A stretch of DNA of 64,000 nt from Solirubrobacteraceae bacterium (GTDB lineage: Bacteria; Actinomycetota; Thermoleophilia; Solirubrobacterales; Solirubrobacteraceae): assembly GCA_036489875.1 (NCBI GenBank), contig DASXEZ010000160.1:17106-81105 (forward strand), in the 5' to 3' direction. Below, one piece after another: positions 26,811 to 36,728 of the stretch. The position numbers and the translations under genes were made by a program. Numbering within the stretch: the first letter of the stretch is position 1; every line of letters begins with the position of its first letter. Below the pieces are notes generated by a model, which worked only from the letters and a program-made list of their open reading frames with translations, did no database searches and was not told the origin of the DNA.

Positions 26811-27767
26811 ATGGACCCCGAACTTGCTGCCGTCGTCCCACTGATCCCGGATCTCGCGTTCGACGATCTCGATCAGACCCGCCGCATCGTTGAAGAGCTT
26901 GTCCGCAACCTGGACGTGGACCTGAGCGGGGTCCAGGTTGAGGATCGGACCATCCCCGGCGTCGGTTGCGACGTGCCGATCCGCATTTTCAGTCCGGCGG
27001 ATCGGGTTGAGGAGCGTCCAGGTGTCATGAGCATTCACGGTGGCGGATTCGCGTTGGGCCCGATGACCCTTGACGACGGCGCGAATGCCGCGATCGCTCG
27101 TGAGGTGGGGGTCGTGGTGGTGTCGGTGGACTACCGGCTCGCCCCTGAGCATCCGTTCCCTGCTGCCGCCGATGATTGCTATGCGACGCTGGAGTGGATG
27201 TATGAAAAGGGCAGCGAGGTGGGCATCAACCCAGCGCACCTTGCGGTGCTCGGAAGCAGCGCCGGCGGGGGGCTCGCCGCCACCACCGCGCTCTTCGCTC
27301 GCGATCGCGGTGGCCCAAGACTGGCGGTGCAAGTGCTCCTGGAACCGGAGCTCGATGATCGTCTCCAGACCCATTCGATGAGGCGCGGTCGCCACACCGT
27401 GGCCTGGTCCAGCACCCTTGCCGCGCTCAGCTGGAAGTACTACTTGGGTGGCATCGGGACTCCGCCGTTGCACGCGGTGCCCGCCCGGACCGAAGATCTC
27501 TCCGGCCTCCCGCCGGCGTACGTGTCGGTGAACGAGCTCGACTGCCTTCGTGATGAGGGCTTGGAGTATGCGGCACGCTTGCTCCAGGCGGAGGTGCCCA
27601 CGGAAATCCACTGTTGGCCGGGAGCGTTTCACTCGTTCCACAGCGTGTTGCCAGCCGCCGGCATATCGCGGCGTGCCTCCGCGGCAGTCCACGGCGTCCT
27701 GCGACGCGCTCTGCTCGTAGGGCGCTCGGAGGCGAGCGAAACGGTCTTCGACGGTCGTCATGCGTGA
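26811..27767 (+). CDS. alpha/beta hydrolase, hormone-sensitive-lipase-type esterase
   Basis: ggaggagac precedes the ATG. Oxyanion motif HGGGF and nucleophile elbow GSSAGGGLA. Acid and His residues sit in the C-terminal part. Confidence 0.9.
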   Translation: MDPELAAVVPLIPDLAFDDLDQTRRIVEELVRNLDVDLSGVQVEDRTIPGVGCDVPIRIFSPADRVEERPGVMSIHGGGFALGPMTLDDGANAAIAREVGVVVVSVDYRLAPEHPFPAAADDCYATLEWMYEKGSEVGINPAHLAVLGSSAGGGLAATTALFARDRGGPRLAVQVLLEPELDDRLQTHSMRRGRHTVAWSSTLAALSWKYYLGGIGTPPLHAVPARTEDLSGLPPAYVSVNELDCLRDEGLEYAARLLQAEVPTEIHCWPGAFHSFHSVLPAAGISRRASAAVHGVLRRALLVGRSEASETVFDGRHA

Positions 27768-27951
27768 CAAGCCGCTCGCATGACCGCTGCTCCTGTTCCT
27801 GTCGGCGCCAGCCGCGAACGCCGCGCCGCTAAGTGCGGTCCCCGGATCCGGCGCGCTAGCGGCTCGGTGACGCAAAGATGGTGCGAGACGAAGCGCTCGC
27901 GCCGAGGGGCAGGTCCAGATGGGTGCTGACGGGGCGAAGGAGGGACCCCGC

Positions 27952-29481
27952 ATGTTGGGAGGGACGCTGGCGCCTCATGCCGTGCGGATCACAGGCCTTG
28001 CGAAATCGTTCGGCCCCACCCGTGCGCTGCGCAACTGCAACTTCGAGTTACGTCGAGGCGAGGTGCATGCCCTTGTCGGCGAGAACGGGTGCGGCAAGAG
28101 CACACTCGTCAAGATACTGAGTGGAGTTCACGCCCCGGACGCCGGCCTTATCGATGTCAACGGCTCTCAATTCGCGTCGCTCCGTTCACCGCATTTCGCG
28201 CAGCAGAACGGAATAGTGACGGTCTTTCAGGAGATTCTCGTTGCCGGCGCGCGGTCGGTGTTGGACAACATATGGCTGGGATCAGAGACCGCCTTTCGTG
28301 CGCCCCGCTCGAGCCGCGAGAAGCGGCGACTGGCAAGCGAGACAATCGACGATCTCCTGGGTCGACCGCTGCGACTCAATGCGCCGATCGAGGAACTCTC
28401 CCTGAGCGATCGGCAGGCCTGCTGCATCGTCCGGGCGCTCGTAAGGCAGGCTTCGATCCTGATTCTTGACGAGGCTACTTCGGCCCTGGATGTGGAGGTC
28501 AGGGATCGCCTGTTTGCCCGGCTCGCCGGGTTGAGCGCGGCGGGTGCGGCTGTCGTCTTCATCTCACACCGGATCGACGAGATCACCGAGGTCGGCGACC
28601 GGACTACGGTGATGCGATCGGGGGACACGATTGCGACTGTCGAGCGTGGCAAATGGTCGCCGTCGGAACTTGTGAAGCTCATGACTGGCTCGGATCGGCT
28701 CGCCGATCCGGCCGCAGACGAGGACCGCAAGCCCGATGGACCCACGCGAGTCCTGGCCTCGGCGCGGGGGCTCCAGCTCCGAAGCGGGCGAGAGCCGTTC
28801 GACTTCTCGATCGCCTCGGGCGAGATCGTTGGTGTGGCGGGGCTCGAGGGACACGGCCAAACCGAGTTGCTGGAGGCTCTGCGCGGTGCCGGCAGCACGG
28901 GCGGACGCATCGTCGTCCACGATGAGGCTGGCCATGAGCTGATCGTGCGGTCGCGTCAGGAAGCCGCGAAGTACGGGATTGCGTACGTGGCGCGCGACCG
29001 GCGCGCTCAGATCTTCGGATGGATGTCGATCCGGGAGAACTTTGGGATCCCAACGTTGTCCCGCGATGGAGCGGCGGGCCTGCTGTTCCCCAACAGGACC
29101 GCGCGTCGTCTCGACTATTTCATCGGCCGTCTGGGGATACGGCTGGGTCGACAAGGCGATCGCATCACGACCCTGAGCGGTGGCAATCAACAGAAGGTTG
29201 TGATCGCTCGCTGGCTTGCGGCGCGCCCCAGCGTCCTCCTGCTCAACGACCCGACCAGGGGAATCGACATCGGTGCCAAGCGCGACCTCTACGCGCTGTT
29301 GCAGGAGCTCGCCCGTGAGGGCCTCGGCATCGTGATGCTCTCGAGCGAACTGGATGAGCACGTCGATTTGATGAGTCGTGTCATCGTTTTCCGCGAGCAC
29401 GAGCTCTTTCGAGAATTTCAACGAGCAGAGCTTTCGCGGGGCGCACTCGTATCCGCGTTCTTCGGTGAGGGCGACGAGTAG
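27952..29481 (+). CDS. sugar-type ABC transporter ATP-binding protein (duplicated ATPase, RbsA/MglA-like)
   Basis: First half has GENGCGKST and ILILDEATSALD. Second half has LSGGNQQKVVIARWL and LLLNDPTRGID. ATG 27952 preferred within ORF 27919..29481. Confidence 0.9.
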   Translation: MLGGTLAPHAVRITGLAKSFGPTRALRNCNFELRRGEVHALVGENGCGKSTLVKILSGVHAPDAGLIDVNGSQFASLRSPHFAQQNGIVTVFQEILVAGARSVLDNIWLGSETAFRAPRSSREKRRLASETIDDLLGRPLRLNAPIEELSLSDRQACCIVRALVRQASILILDEATSALDVEVRDRLFARLAGLSAAGAAVVFISHRIDEITEVGDRTTVMRSGDTIATVERGKWSPSELVKLMTGSDRLADPAADEDRKPDGPTRVLASARGLQLRSGREPFDFSIASGEIVGVAGLEGHGQTELLEALRGAGSTGGRIVVHDEAGHELIVRSRQEAAKYGIAYVARDRRAQIFGWMSIRENFGIPTLSRDGAAGLLFPNRTARRLDYFIGRLGIRLGRQGDRITTLSGGNQQKVVIARWLAARPSVLLLNDPTRGIDIGAKRDLYALLQELAREGLGIVMLSSELDEHVDLMSRVIVFREHELFREFQRAELSRGALVSAFFGEGDE

Positions 29482-30479
29482 TGCAGGCCGTCGCGACAGC
29501 GCGACGCGCGCGATCCTCGGAAAGGATCGGTGCTCTCGTCCTCCGGCTGCTCAACCGCTACACCTTTCTGTTCTCGTTGGTGCTGCTCGTCGCGTTGTTG
29601 ATCGCGAACCTCGCCGAGGATGGAGGGCATTTCAACTGGCAGGACCAGCTCGCCGACCTCGCTCCTGTCGCGCTCGCTGCCATGGCCAGCACGCCGGCCA
29701 TCATCAGCGGCGGGGGCGGTTTCGATCTGACCATCTCGCCGACCATGGTCCTGATGGGCGAGATCTTCGTGGTGTGGCTCGCGCCCCACGGTCTCGGCGG
29801 TGCCGTCGCAGTCCCCCTGATCCTCATCGCCGGCGCGACGGTGGGGCTGATCAACGGGATGCTCATCATGTGGCTACGAGTACCGCCGGTCGTGGTGACG
29901 CTATCGACCTACTTCATCTTGATCGGGGTCGATCTCGAGGTGTCACCGTATCCGGCCTACCTCCAGACGAGCTGGTTGCAACATCTCGCAGGCAGCGTCG
30001 CTGGGATTCCCGGTGCCTTCTTCACCCTGGGATTGCCGCTGGCCCTTTGGGGACTTCTGGGTCTGGTGCCGTTCAAGCGCACGCTGTTACTCGTCGGAGC
30101 AGGCGACGCGGCCGCCTTCGCCAGCGGCGTCAACGTCGCCCTGATCCGCGTCGCGGCGTATGCGCTCGGAGGGCTCTTTGCCGGAATCGGCGGATTGGCG
30201 CTGCTGGGGCTGACACTCTCGGCGAACGGGAATCTTGCGCAGACGTACACGCTGCTGGCCATCGCGGGCGTGGCTCTCGGCGGCACGTCGCTGTGGGGCG
30301 GGCGCGGCGGAATCATCGGCTCGCTGTTTGGCGCAGCCTGCATCTATCTGCTCAGCACGCTTCTGACCACGCTGCAGGTCGACGCTAGCTACCTGCAGGT
30401 GCTCTACGGCGGGATCCTGATCGTGGCCGTCGTGCTCGGGGGAGTCGCGGCGTCCGCGCGTAAGGCTGAGGAATCGTGA
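29481..30479 (+). CDS. ABC transporter permease (RbsC/branched-sugar type)
   Basis: GTG overlaps the upstream TAG. About 8-10 hydrophobic segments with an RbsC-like pattern. Confidence 0.85.
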   Translation: MQAVATARRARSSERIGALVLRLLNRYTFLFSLVLLVALLIANLAEDGGHFNWQDQLADLAPVALAAMASTPAIISGGGGFDLTISPTMVLMGEIFVVWLAPHGLGGAVAVPLILIAGATVGLINGMLIMWLRVPPVVVTLSTYFILIGVDLEVSPYPAYLQTSWLQHLAGSVAGIPGAFFTLGLPLALWGLLGLVPFKRTLLLVGAGDAAAFASGVNVALIRVAAYALGGLFAGIGGLALLGLTLSANGNLAQTYTLLAIAGVALGGTSLWGGRGGIIGSLFGAACIYLLSTLLTTLQVDASYLQVLYGGILIVAVVLGGVAASARKAEES

Positions 30480-31480
30480 TGGCCTCCGCGCTGGCCAACA
30501 GGACGGGGGTCATCCGCGTCGGACGGTGGGCCAAGGCGGCTCAGATGCGTGTGCCGCTACTGCAAATAGTGGCCGTGGGTGCTGTCTACGCGTACCTGGC
30601 GACGGACCTCGGCTTCACAAGCTGGCGCAGCATCAAGACCATCCTGACCCTGGCCGCCCTTGTCGGGCTTGCCTCCGTAGGGCAGACCCTGTTGATCCTG
30701 ATCGGCGGCATCGACTTGTCGATCTCGGGCATCATCGTCGGGAGCGCGCTCGTGGTGACCGTCCTGCCCGCGCTGTGGCACATCACGTTTCTCGTCGCCC
30801 TGTTGATCGCGCTCGGCTGCGGCGGCACCATGGCCGCGTTGGCCGGATACATCAGCCATCGATTTCGGGTTCAACCGCTGATTATCACGCTCGCCGTCGG
30901 GGCGATCGCCGTCGGGTTGACCCAGACACAGACCGGGGAGGCATTCGGTGGCGCAGCGCCCCGCTGGCTGCAGAATCTAGCCTCGCCACAGTCACACACC
31001 TTCGGAGTCAACGTGCCTCCGACGCTGACCATCTGGCTCGTGGTGACGCTGATCATGGCGCTGGTGTTGCACCGGACCACGATGGGCCGGCGGCTGATGG
31101 CCACCGGTGCAAATCCCGAGGCGGCTGAGTATGCCCTCGTCCGCACGCGACGCGTGTGGACCCTCACGTTCGCCTTCAGCGGCGTGTGCTCAGTGCTTGT
31201 CGGTGTGCTCGTCGCTGGCTTCGCAGGAAGCGTGGACAGCGGCGTGGGAGACCCGTACCTGTTCCAGAGCGTGGTGGCCGTGATCGTTGGGGGGACCGTA
31301 TTTGGTGGACCGGGTGACTACACACGCACGGCCATCGGCGCTCTTTTCATAAGTCTTGTCACCGAGGCACTCGTGGGAAACAACGTGAGTGCGGCTGTGC
31401 AGAACATGGTGTACGGCGCGGCGATTCTCGTCGCAGTTTCGGTCTACGGAAGGGAGCGGCGGCTGCGAGATCGCATCTGA
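30476..31480 (+). CDS. ABC transporter permease (second RbsC-like subunit)
   Basis: GTGATG start overlaps the upstream stop. Paralogous polytopic membrane protein. Confidence 0.85.
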   Translation: MMASALANRTGVIRVGRWAKAAQMRVPLLQIVAVGAVYAYLATDLGFTSWRSIKTILTLAALVGLASVGQTLLILIGGIDLSISGIIVGSALVVTVLPALWHITFLVALLIALGCGGTMAALAGYISHRFRVQPLIITLAVGAIAVGLTQTQTGEAFGGAAPRWLQNLASPQSHTFGVNVPPTLTIWLVVTLIMALVLHRTTMGRRLMATGANPEAAEYALVRTRRVWTLTFAFSGVCSVLVGVLVAGFAGSVDSGVGDPYLFQSVVAVIVGGTVFGGPGDYTRTAIGALFISLVTEALVGNNVSAAVQNMVYGAAILVAVSVYGRERRLRDRI

Positions 31481-31529
31481 GAGGGACGGTGCCACATGAA
31501 GTCAACGACGATTTACGTGAAGGAGAGGT

Positions 31530-32801
31530 ATGACTAGGATGTTGAAAAGTATGAGCGCCGGTAAGCGGAAGGGCAGGCTCGCGCTTGCCTCCGTTACGTG
31601 CGCGGCGGTCGTGATCGCAATGGCGCTGGGTACCCAGGCTTCCGGCGCGACGGCAACGTCGGCATCGGCGACGAAGTGCGGCCAGAGCGTGAAATACAAC
31701 GTGCCCGATTCCGCGGGCTTCCTGAAGACCCTGCCGGCCAACATCCGCGCCGGTTACGACAGCTGGCCCTATTCCGTGGATTCCACCCCGTGGAGCGCCT
31801 TCAAGGGGGTCAAGAAGCCATGGAAGATCGGGCTGATCCTGGATCCGGTGACCGGACCGTATGCGCAGGACTTCCTCAACGAGTTCACGGCGCAGTTCAA
31901 TGCGGCTGAAAAGCTTGGATTGGTCAAGGGCCCGCTCGTCAAATACATCCTGCCGAGCTATGCCACCGCCACGCCGGAGCAACAGATCTCGGCGGTGCAG
32001 CAAATGGTCAGCGAGGGCGTCAACGGGATCGTCTTGCAGCCGCTGGCAGGACCGCCACTGGCGCCGGCGATCGACGCGGCGGGCAAGGCCGGTGTGCCGG
32101 TCGTGATGTTCTTCAACGACATCGACCAGTCGAAGTACGTCGTCAACATGTGGACCCAGAACAACTCGCCCGCCGATGCGGCGCTCGCGGGCATGGTCAA
32201 GACCGGCAACGTGCTCGTCGTGCGCGGCACCGCGGGCATCCCCGTGGAGCAGGCCTACGAAGACGCGGCCGTCGCAGATATCGCGGCATGTCCGGGCCTT
32301 CATATCGTAGGCACGGTGTACGGCGATTTCGATACGACGACCGCAAAAACGGCGGTGAGCCAGTGGCTCGCGGCGCATCCGACGACCAAGATCTCCGCCG
32401 TGTTCCAAAACGGAGTGATGATGGCGGGCGTCGTGGAGGCCTTCCAATCCGCCGGGCTGCACGTGCCCCCGGTCAGCGACGGAGGTTGCCAGGGCGGTGA
32501 CCTCTCGTGGTGGCTCGCTCATAAGAGCGGCTACAAGACTGCCGGTGTTTGCATCAGCGGCAACGCCACGGCCTGGTCGACGATTCGGGTGCTTTTCCGG
32601 ATTCTCGCCGGCGATGGGTTGAAGACCCGCGACATCGCGGTTCCCGCGCCACTCGTCACGAACGCGAATCTGGCGCAGTTCGCAACGCGGGGCAAGGGCC
32701 TCGACTGGGCGGGAGATCCGCGCAGTCCGGTCAACGGCTGGGCATCTGACACCTTCTTGAATTCGTTCTTCAAGAAGTCTGGAGACCCGGCCAACTTCTA
32801 A
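31530..32801 (+). CDS. ABC transporter periplasmic sugar-binding protein (Peripla_BP_4-like)
   Basis: gaaggagaggt precedes the ATG. Signal peptide with an Ala-rich cleavage region, and a periplasmic binding protein type I pattern (VNGIVLQPLAG...VPVVMFFNDID). Confidence 0.85.
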   Translation: MTRMLKSMSAGKRKGRLALASVTCAAVVIAMALGTQASGATATSASATKCGQSVKYNVPDSAGFLKTLPANIRAGYDSWPYSVDSTPWSAFKGVKKPWKIGLILDPVTGPYAQDFLNEFTAQFNAAEKLGLVKGPLVKYILPSYATATPEQQISAVQQMVSEGVNGIVLQPLAGPPLAPAIDAAGKAGVPVVMFFNDIDQSKYVVNMWTQNNSPADAALAGMVKTGNVLVVRGTAGIPVEQAYEDAAVADIAACPGLHIVGTVYGDFDTTTAKTAVSQWLAAHPTTKISAVFQNGVMMAGVVEAFQSAGLHVPPVSDGGCQGGDLSWWLAHKSGYKTAGVCISGNATAWSTIRVLFRILAGDGLKTRDIAVPAPLVTNANLAQFATRGKGLDWAGDPRSPVNGWASDTFLNSFFKKSGDPANF

Positions 32802-32814
32802 GACACAATGCCGT

Positions 32815-32844
32815 CCGTGTGCGTCGCTTCGGCGGCGCACACGG
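32815..32844 (+). terminator. strong hairpin with UUCG loop after the binding-protein gene (terminator/attenuator candidate)
   Basis: ccgtgtgcgtcgc-ttcg-gcggcgcacacgg forms a 13-bp stem (one G-U pair) starting 14 nt after the stop at 32801 and ending 32 nt before the monooxygenase start. Confidence 0.45.
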
Positions 32845-32875
32845 CGCGGCGACTATGCGGAGTGGATGAAGGACT

Positions 32876-34495
32876 ATGAGCGACAAGACGCACACACCCA
32901 AAAAAGCGACACCCAGCATCGCCATCATCGGCTGCGGTCTCGGTGGCATCGCTGCCGCCGTGAAGTTGCGGAAGGCCGGCATCGAGTCGTTCACCATCTT
33001 CGAGCGCCAAAGCGGACCCGGCGGCGTGTGGTGGCAAAACCGCTACCCCGGGCTCGGCGTGGACGTGCCGTCGCACCTCTATTCGTTTTCGTTCAAGCCT
33101 CACGACTGGAGCCGAACGCATGCCATGCGCGATGAGCTGCTGGGCTACGCGCAGGAGGTCATTGATGAGAATCGGCTCGCCGGGCACATCCATTTCAACG
33201 TCACGGTGGAACGAGTTTCATGGGACGACGATCTGCACGAGTACACGCTGACCTTCGCTGATGGGGCGACGGCAACCGCCGATGTCGTCATCTGCGCGGC
33301 CGGCCTCTTCCACACCGCGAAGTATCCGACGTGGCCCGGGCTCGACATGTTTTCCGGCGAGACGATCCACACCGCTCATTGGGAGGGCGATTATCGCCTC
33401 GAAGATAAGCGCATCGCCATCGTGGGTACGGGCGCGACATCGATCCAGCTCGTTCCCGCCCTGAGCAAAATCGCCGGGCACGTCTACGTCTTCCAGCGAG
33501 AGCCGGGTTGGGCCATCGCGCGAGGAGATCGAGACTTCTCGGAGGCTGAGCGTGCCCGCAATCGGCGCCCCGGCATGGCCCGCCTCAATCGCATGCGGAT
33601 GTATTGGCGGTTCGAACGGCTGATCATCGGCATGCGCAAGATCAGACCCAACAAGTCGCGCCTCCAGGTCGTGGCCGAGACCTACATCGACTCGATCTTG
33701 GCTGATCATCCTGAGCTCAAGGCCGCGGTAACGCCGAGATACCCGTTTCCGGGCAAGCGCCCCCTGTTCGACGCGGGGTTCTACAGGGCCCTGACCGAAC
33801 CCAATGTGACCCTGGTTCCGCGCGCTGTTGATCGCGTGACGGAAACGAGCGTTGTCGACGTCGGCGGAGGTGACTGGCCTGTCGACGTGCTGATCTTCGC
33901 GACCGGATTCAACGTCGGCGACTACCTCGGCACCCTGACCGTCATCGGTCGCGGCGGCCGATCGCTGCACGAGTTCTGGGAGGGCGAGCCAACTGGCTTC
34001 CTCGGGATCACGGTCCCGGGGTTCCCGAACTTCTACATGCTCTATGGACCCAATACCAACGGCGGCGGGTCGCTGTTGGTACAGCTCGAGCGACAGGCGG
34101 AGTATGCCGTGAAGGCCATTCAGAGGATGGCCAAAGAGGGCATCACGGCGATCGAGCCCACCGGCTGGGCGTATCGCATCTGGGACGAGTACCTGCGGTG
34201 GCGCAACTCTAAGCAGGTCTATGCGATCTCGAATAACTACTACAAGGCGAGTTCGGGAAAAGTTCTCACCGAGTGGCCGGGAACGATGACGGAGTACCTC
34301 GTTCTGACACGGTCGCTCGGACGCATCTGCTCGGCGGCATGGACCAGCCACGCGCGGCCGCCGCGCACGGGCCGGCCGCCGGAGCTTCGGCTTGGGCAGT
34401 CAGAGGCGGAGGAGATCGGCGCCGTGGAGGGTGCTACGAGTGTCGATGGCCGCGATGCGCAGGCAGCGGCGGAGGGCATCGGGGAAGGCCGCTAA
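32876..34495 (+). CDS. flavin-containing / Baeyer-Villiger-type monooxygenase
   Basis: FAD fingerprint IAIIGCGLGGIAAA, then FERQSGPGGVWWQNRYPG and a second Rossmann motif IAIVGTGATSIQ. The C-terminal ~70 aa are low-complexity, so the true stop may effectively be functionally earlier. Confidence 0.9.
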   Translation: MSDKTHTPKKATPSIAIIGCGLGGIAAAVKLRKAGIESFTIFERQSGPGGVWWQNRYPGLGVDVPSHLYSFSFKPHDWSRTHAMRDELLGYAQEVIDENRLAGHIHFNVTVERVSWDDDLHEYTLTFADGATATADVVICAAGLFHTAKYPTWPGLDMFSGETIHTAHWEGDYRLEDKRIAIVGTGATSIQLVPALSKIAGHVYVFQREPGWAIARGDRDFSEAERARNRRPGMARLNRMRMYWRFERLIIGMRKIRPNKSRLQVVAETYIDSILADHPELKAAVTPRYPFPGKRPLFDAGFYRALTEPNVTLVPRAVDRVTETSVVDVGGGDWPVDVLIFATGFNVGDYLGTLTVIGRGGRSLHEFWEGEPTGFLGITVPGFPNFYMLYGPNTNGGGSLLVQLERQAEYAVKAIQRMAKEGITAIEPTGWAYRIWDEYLRWRNSKQVYAISNNYYKASSGKVLTEWPGTMTEYLVLTRSLGRICSAAWTSHARPPRTGRPPELRLGQSEAEEIGAVEGATSVDGRDAQAAAEGIGEGR

Positions 34496-34669
34496 CCGCT
34501 GCGGACGCGTCGACTTCGCGGGCGACCCTTGTCTCGTTTGGCAAGCACGGGTCCACCACCTAGGGGACGGGCCCAGGGCGGTTTGCAGGCCACTCGATCA
34601 GTGGAGGATGTACCGGCGGCGGCCGTCGCAGAGCCGGTGATGACCAGCAAAGGACTTGGGCTGCCAGGG

Positions 34670-35338
34670 ATGACTTCCACACACCGAGCCGAGACATCCG
34701 CGCACGGCAGAAGGCACGAGGTGGTGTATCAAGCCCTGCGGGAGCGCATCATCTGGGGAGCCTACGGGCCGGGCTATCGCATCGTGGTGGACGTGATTGC
34801 TGATGAGCTGGGCGTCTCCGCAACGCCCGTGCGAGAGGCGATGAGGCGGCTTGAGGCGGAGCGACTGATCAGTTATCGCCCCAACGTGGGCGCGCAGGTT
34901 GCCGTGGGCGATCCGCGCCGATTGGCGGAGGAGGTCGATGTGATCGCCGTGCTGGATGGCGCCGTCACGGCGTTGGCGGCCCCGTGGATCGACGATCCCG
35001 AGGTCGCACGGCTGACCGAGATCAACCACGATATGGCTGAGGCAATCGCTGGGCTCGACCTTCAACGGCTCCGTCGACGCGATCACGACTTCCATCGCTT
35101 GATCCACGGCATCTGCCCGAACGGGGCGCTGGTTGCGGCTCTTCACCGTCTCGACCTGGCGCGTCGCCTGTCGTTGACGCAGATCACCGGTGTCTGGATC
35201 GCCGCTGTCGCCGAGCATCGGATTCTGATCCAGCTGCTTGCGGGACACGTGCAGGCAGCGATCATCGAAGAGGTTGCTCGTCAGCACACCTTCAACACCT
35301 TGACCGGCATGCGGCGCGATCGCGGCTGGGTTTCGTGA
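34670..35338 (+). CDS. GntR-family (FadR/FCD subfamily) transcriptional regulator
   Basis: Winged HTH IADELGVSATPVREAMRRLEAERLISYRPNVGAQV followed by an all-helical FCD-like domain. Start is ambiguous (ATG 34640 or 34670 within ORF 34529..35338). Confidence 0.8.
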   Translation: MTSTHRAETSAHGRRHEVVYQALRERIIWGAYGPGYRIVVDVIADELGVSATPVREAMRRLEAERLISYRPNVGAQVAVGDPRRLAEEVDVIAVLDGAVTALAAPWIDDPEVARLTEINHDMAEAIAGLDLQRLRRRDHDFHRLIHGICPNGALVAALHRLDLARRLSLTQITGVWIAAVAEHRILIQLLAGHVQAAIIEEVARQHTFNTLTGMRRDRGWVS

Positions 35339-35446
35339 CCCCTGTGCCGGCTAGTTTCCCCGGGGAGGTGGCGACCGAGGGTCGGGGATGGTGAGTCGGG
35401 CGATGTGACTGCCGGTGTCGCCGGCCAGGCGTGCGGCCGCACGGGC

Positions 35447-36529
35447 TCAGCCCGCGTTGTCACGCAAGCGCCGCAGCGCCATGGCGAGCGCGAGACGGTG
35501 GCGGCCGGGCGCCGGTCGTACCGAGAAGCCGAGGGTTTGTTCAGCGTGGTCGAGGCGCTGGCCCATCGAGCTGTGATGCATGTGCATTGTCCGTGCGGCG
35601 AGCCGAATCGATTCCGCTTCGCACAGCGCTCGCAGGGCATCGAGAGTGACCGTACCGGTGCGCTCGGAGGCCAGCTGATCCAGGGCTATGACGTCCGGGA
35701 TCTGGGAGATCGCCTCGGTCGGGACATACTCCGCGACGGTCGCCAGGCCGCCAAGGTCGTCCCAAAAGACGACGCCCGGATCGCGCTCCGAGCACCCTGC
35801 GCCCGTGCGGCTCGCGCCATCGGCGAGGCGTGCGGCGAGGCGGGCCGCCTGCCACGATCGCCATGCCTCACCTGCCGGCACGCGCGGGCCGACCCCCACT
35901 CGAACGCCGGCTGCCAGATGCTTGAGCCTGACTCGCAGGTCCTCATCGCCGAAGACGATTACGGCGAGCACATCGCCGATGGGACTCTTGCCCAGCGGCC
36001 GCGCGCAGCGTCCAAGGACCTCCGTGGCCCGCCCAGCCACGACCAGGGCACGGATGGGGCTCGTAGGCACGAGCCCGAACAGTTGGATGGCTCGCATCCG
36101 ATCCGCCTCGTCGGTGTCGGGGCTGAGCATCAGCTCGACGAGGGCTGGGTCGCCCGCCCGCGGCTGAACGGCCTCGCGCTTGCGGGCGAGCGCGACCGCG
36201 GTCGCGAAACGCTCGAGTACAAGCTCGTCGAGCGCCAGCGGTGGCCCGTCTCGCTCGAGCCAGACGTCTCCACCGCCGTCCACCGGTTGCCCGACAGCAG
36301 TCTCAGGTCTTTGCAACTCCAGGCGCTGGCCGTCGACGCTAATGCGCAGGACCACAGTGCCATCGGGGTCGCTGACACCGATCGGGCATTCGCTGAACAG
36401 GGCGGCCGACCGGACGAGATCCGCCAAGCTAAGCCGTTCCTGCGCCAGCTTGTCGAATAGCTCGATGATCCGCACTGCGCTCTCGGCTACGTCGTCTAAC
36501 CCCGACAGCCGCTGGAGTAGGGCCCGCAT
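35447..36529 (-). CDS. PucR/CdaR-family transcriptional regulator
   Basis: The C-terminal HTH ARTMHMHHSSMGQRLDHAEQTLGFSV is typical of PucR_C. Full 360-aa ORF. Confidence 0.8.
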   Translation of the reverse strand: MRALLQRLSGLDDVAESAVRIIELFDKLAQERLSLADLVRSAALFSECPIGVSDPDGTVVLRISVDGQRLELQRPETAVGQPVDGGGDVWLERDGPPLALDELVLERFATAVALARKREAVQPRAGDPALVELMLSPDTDEADRMRAIQLFGLVPTSPIRALVVAGRATEVLGRCARPLGKSPIGDVLAVIVFGDEDLRVRLKHLAAGVRVGVGPRVPAGEAWRSWQAARLAARLADGASRTGAGCSERDPGVVFWDDLGGLATVAEYVPTEAISQIPDVIALDQLASERTGTVTLDALRALCEAESIRLAARTMHMHHSSMGQRLDHAEQTLGFSVRPAPGRHRLALAMALRRLRDNAG

Positions 36530-36728
36530 TCAGTCAGGATACGCCGACCCATGGAACCGGGATGCAGGCCCCGAATCTCTGGCGTACGAGCGAATCTCGC
36601 CATGCGACGCCGCCTTGGAACCAGAGCTCCCAGGGTCCATGCACCTAGGAGCGGGACGCGGTCGTCGGCGATGGGGGCATCCGCAAGATGGGCGGCTGGC
36701 GACGAGCGATGACGTCGCGCTTCGCGCG

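Noticed and set aside
34240-34563. Possible separate small gene in the low-complexity tail of the monooxygenase ORF / upstream extension of the GntR ORF
   Set aside because: There is no independent start context or motif. It is treated as a C-terminal extension of the monooxygenase and as non-coding leader of the regulator.
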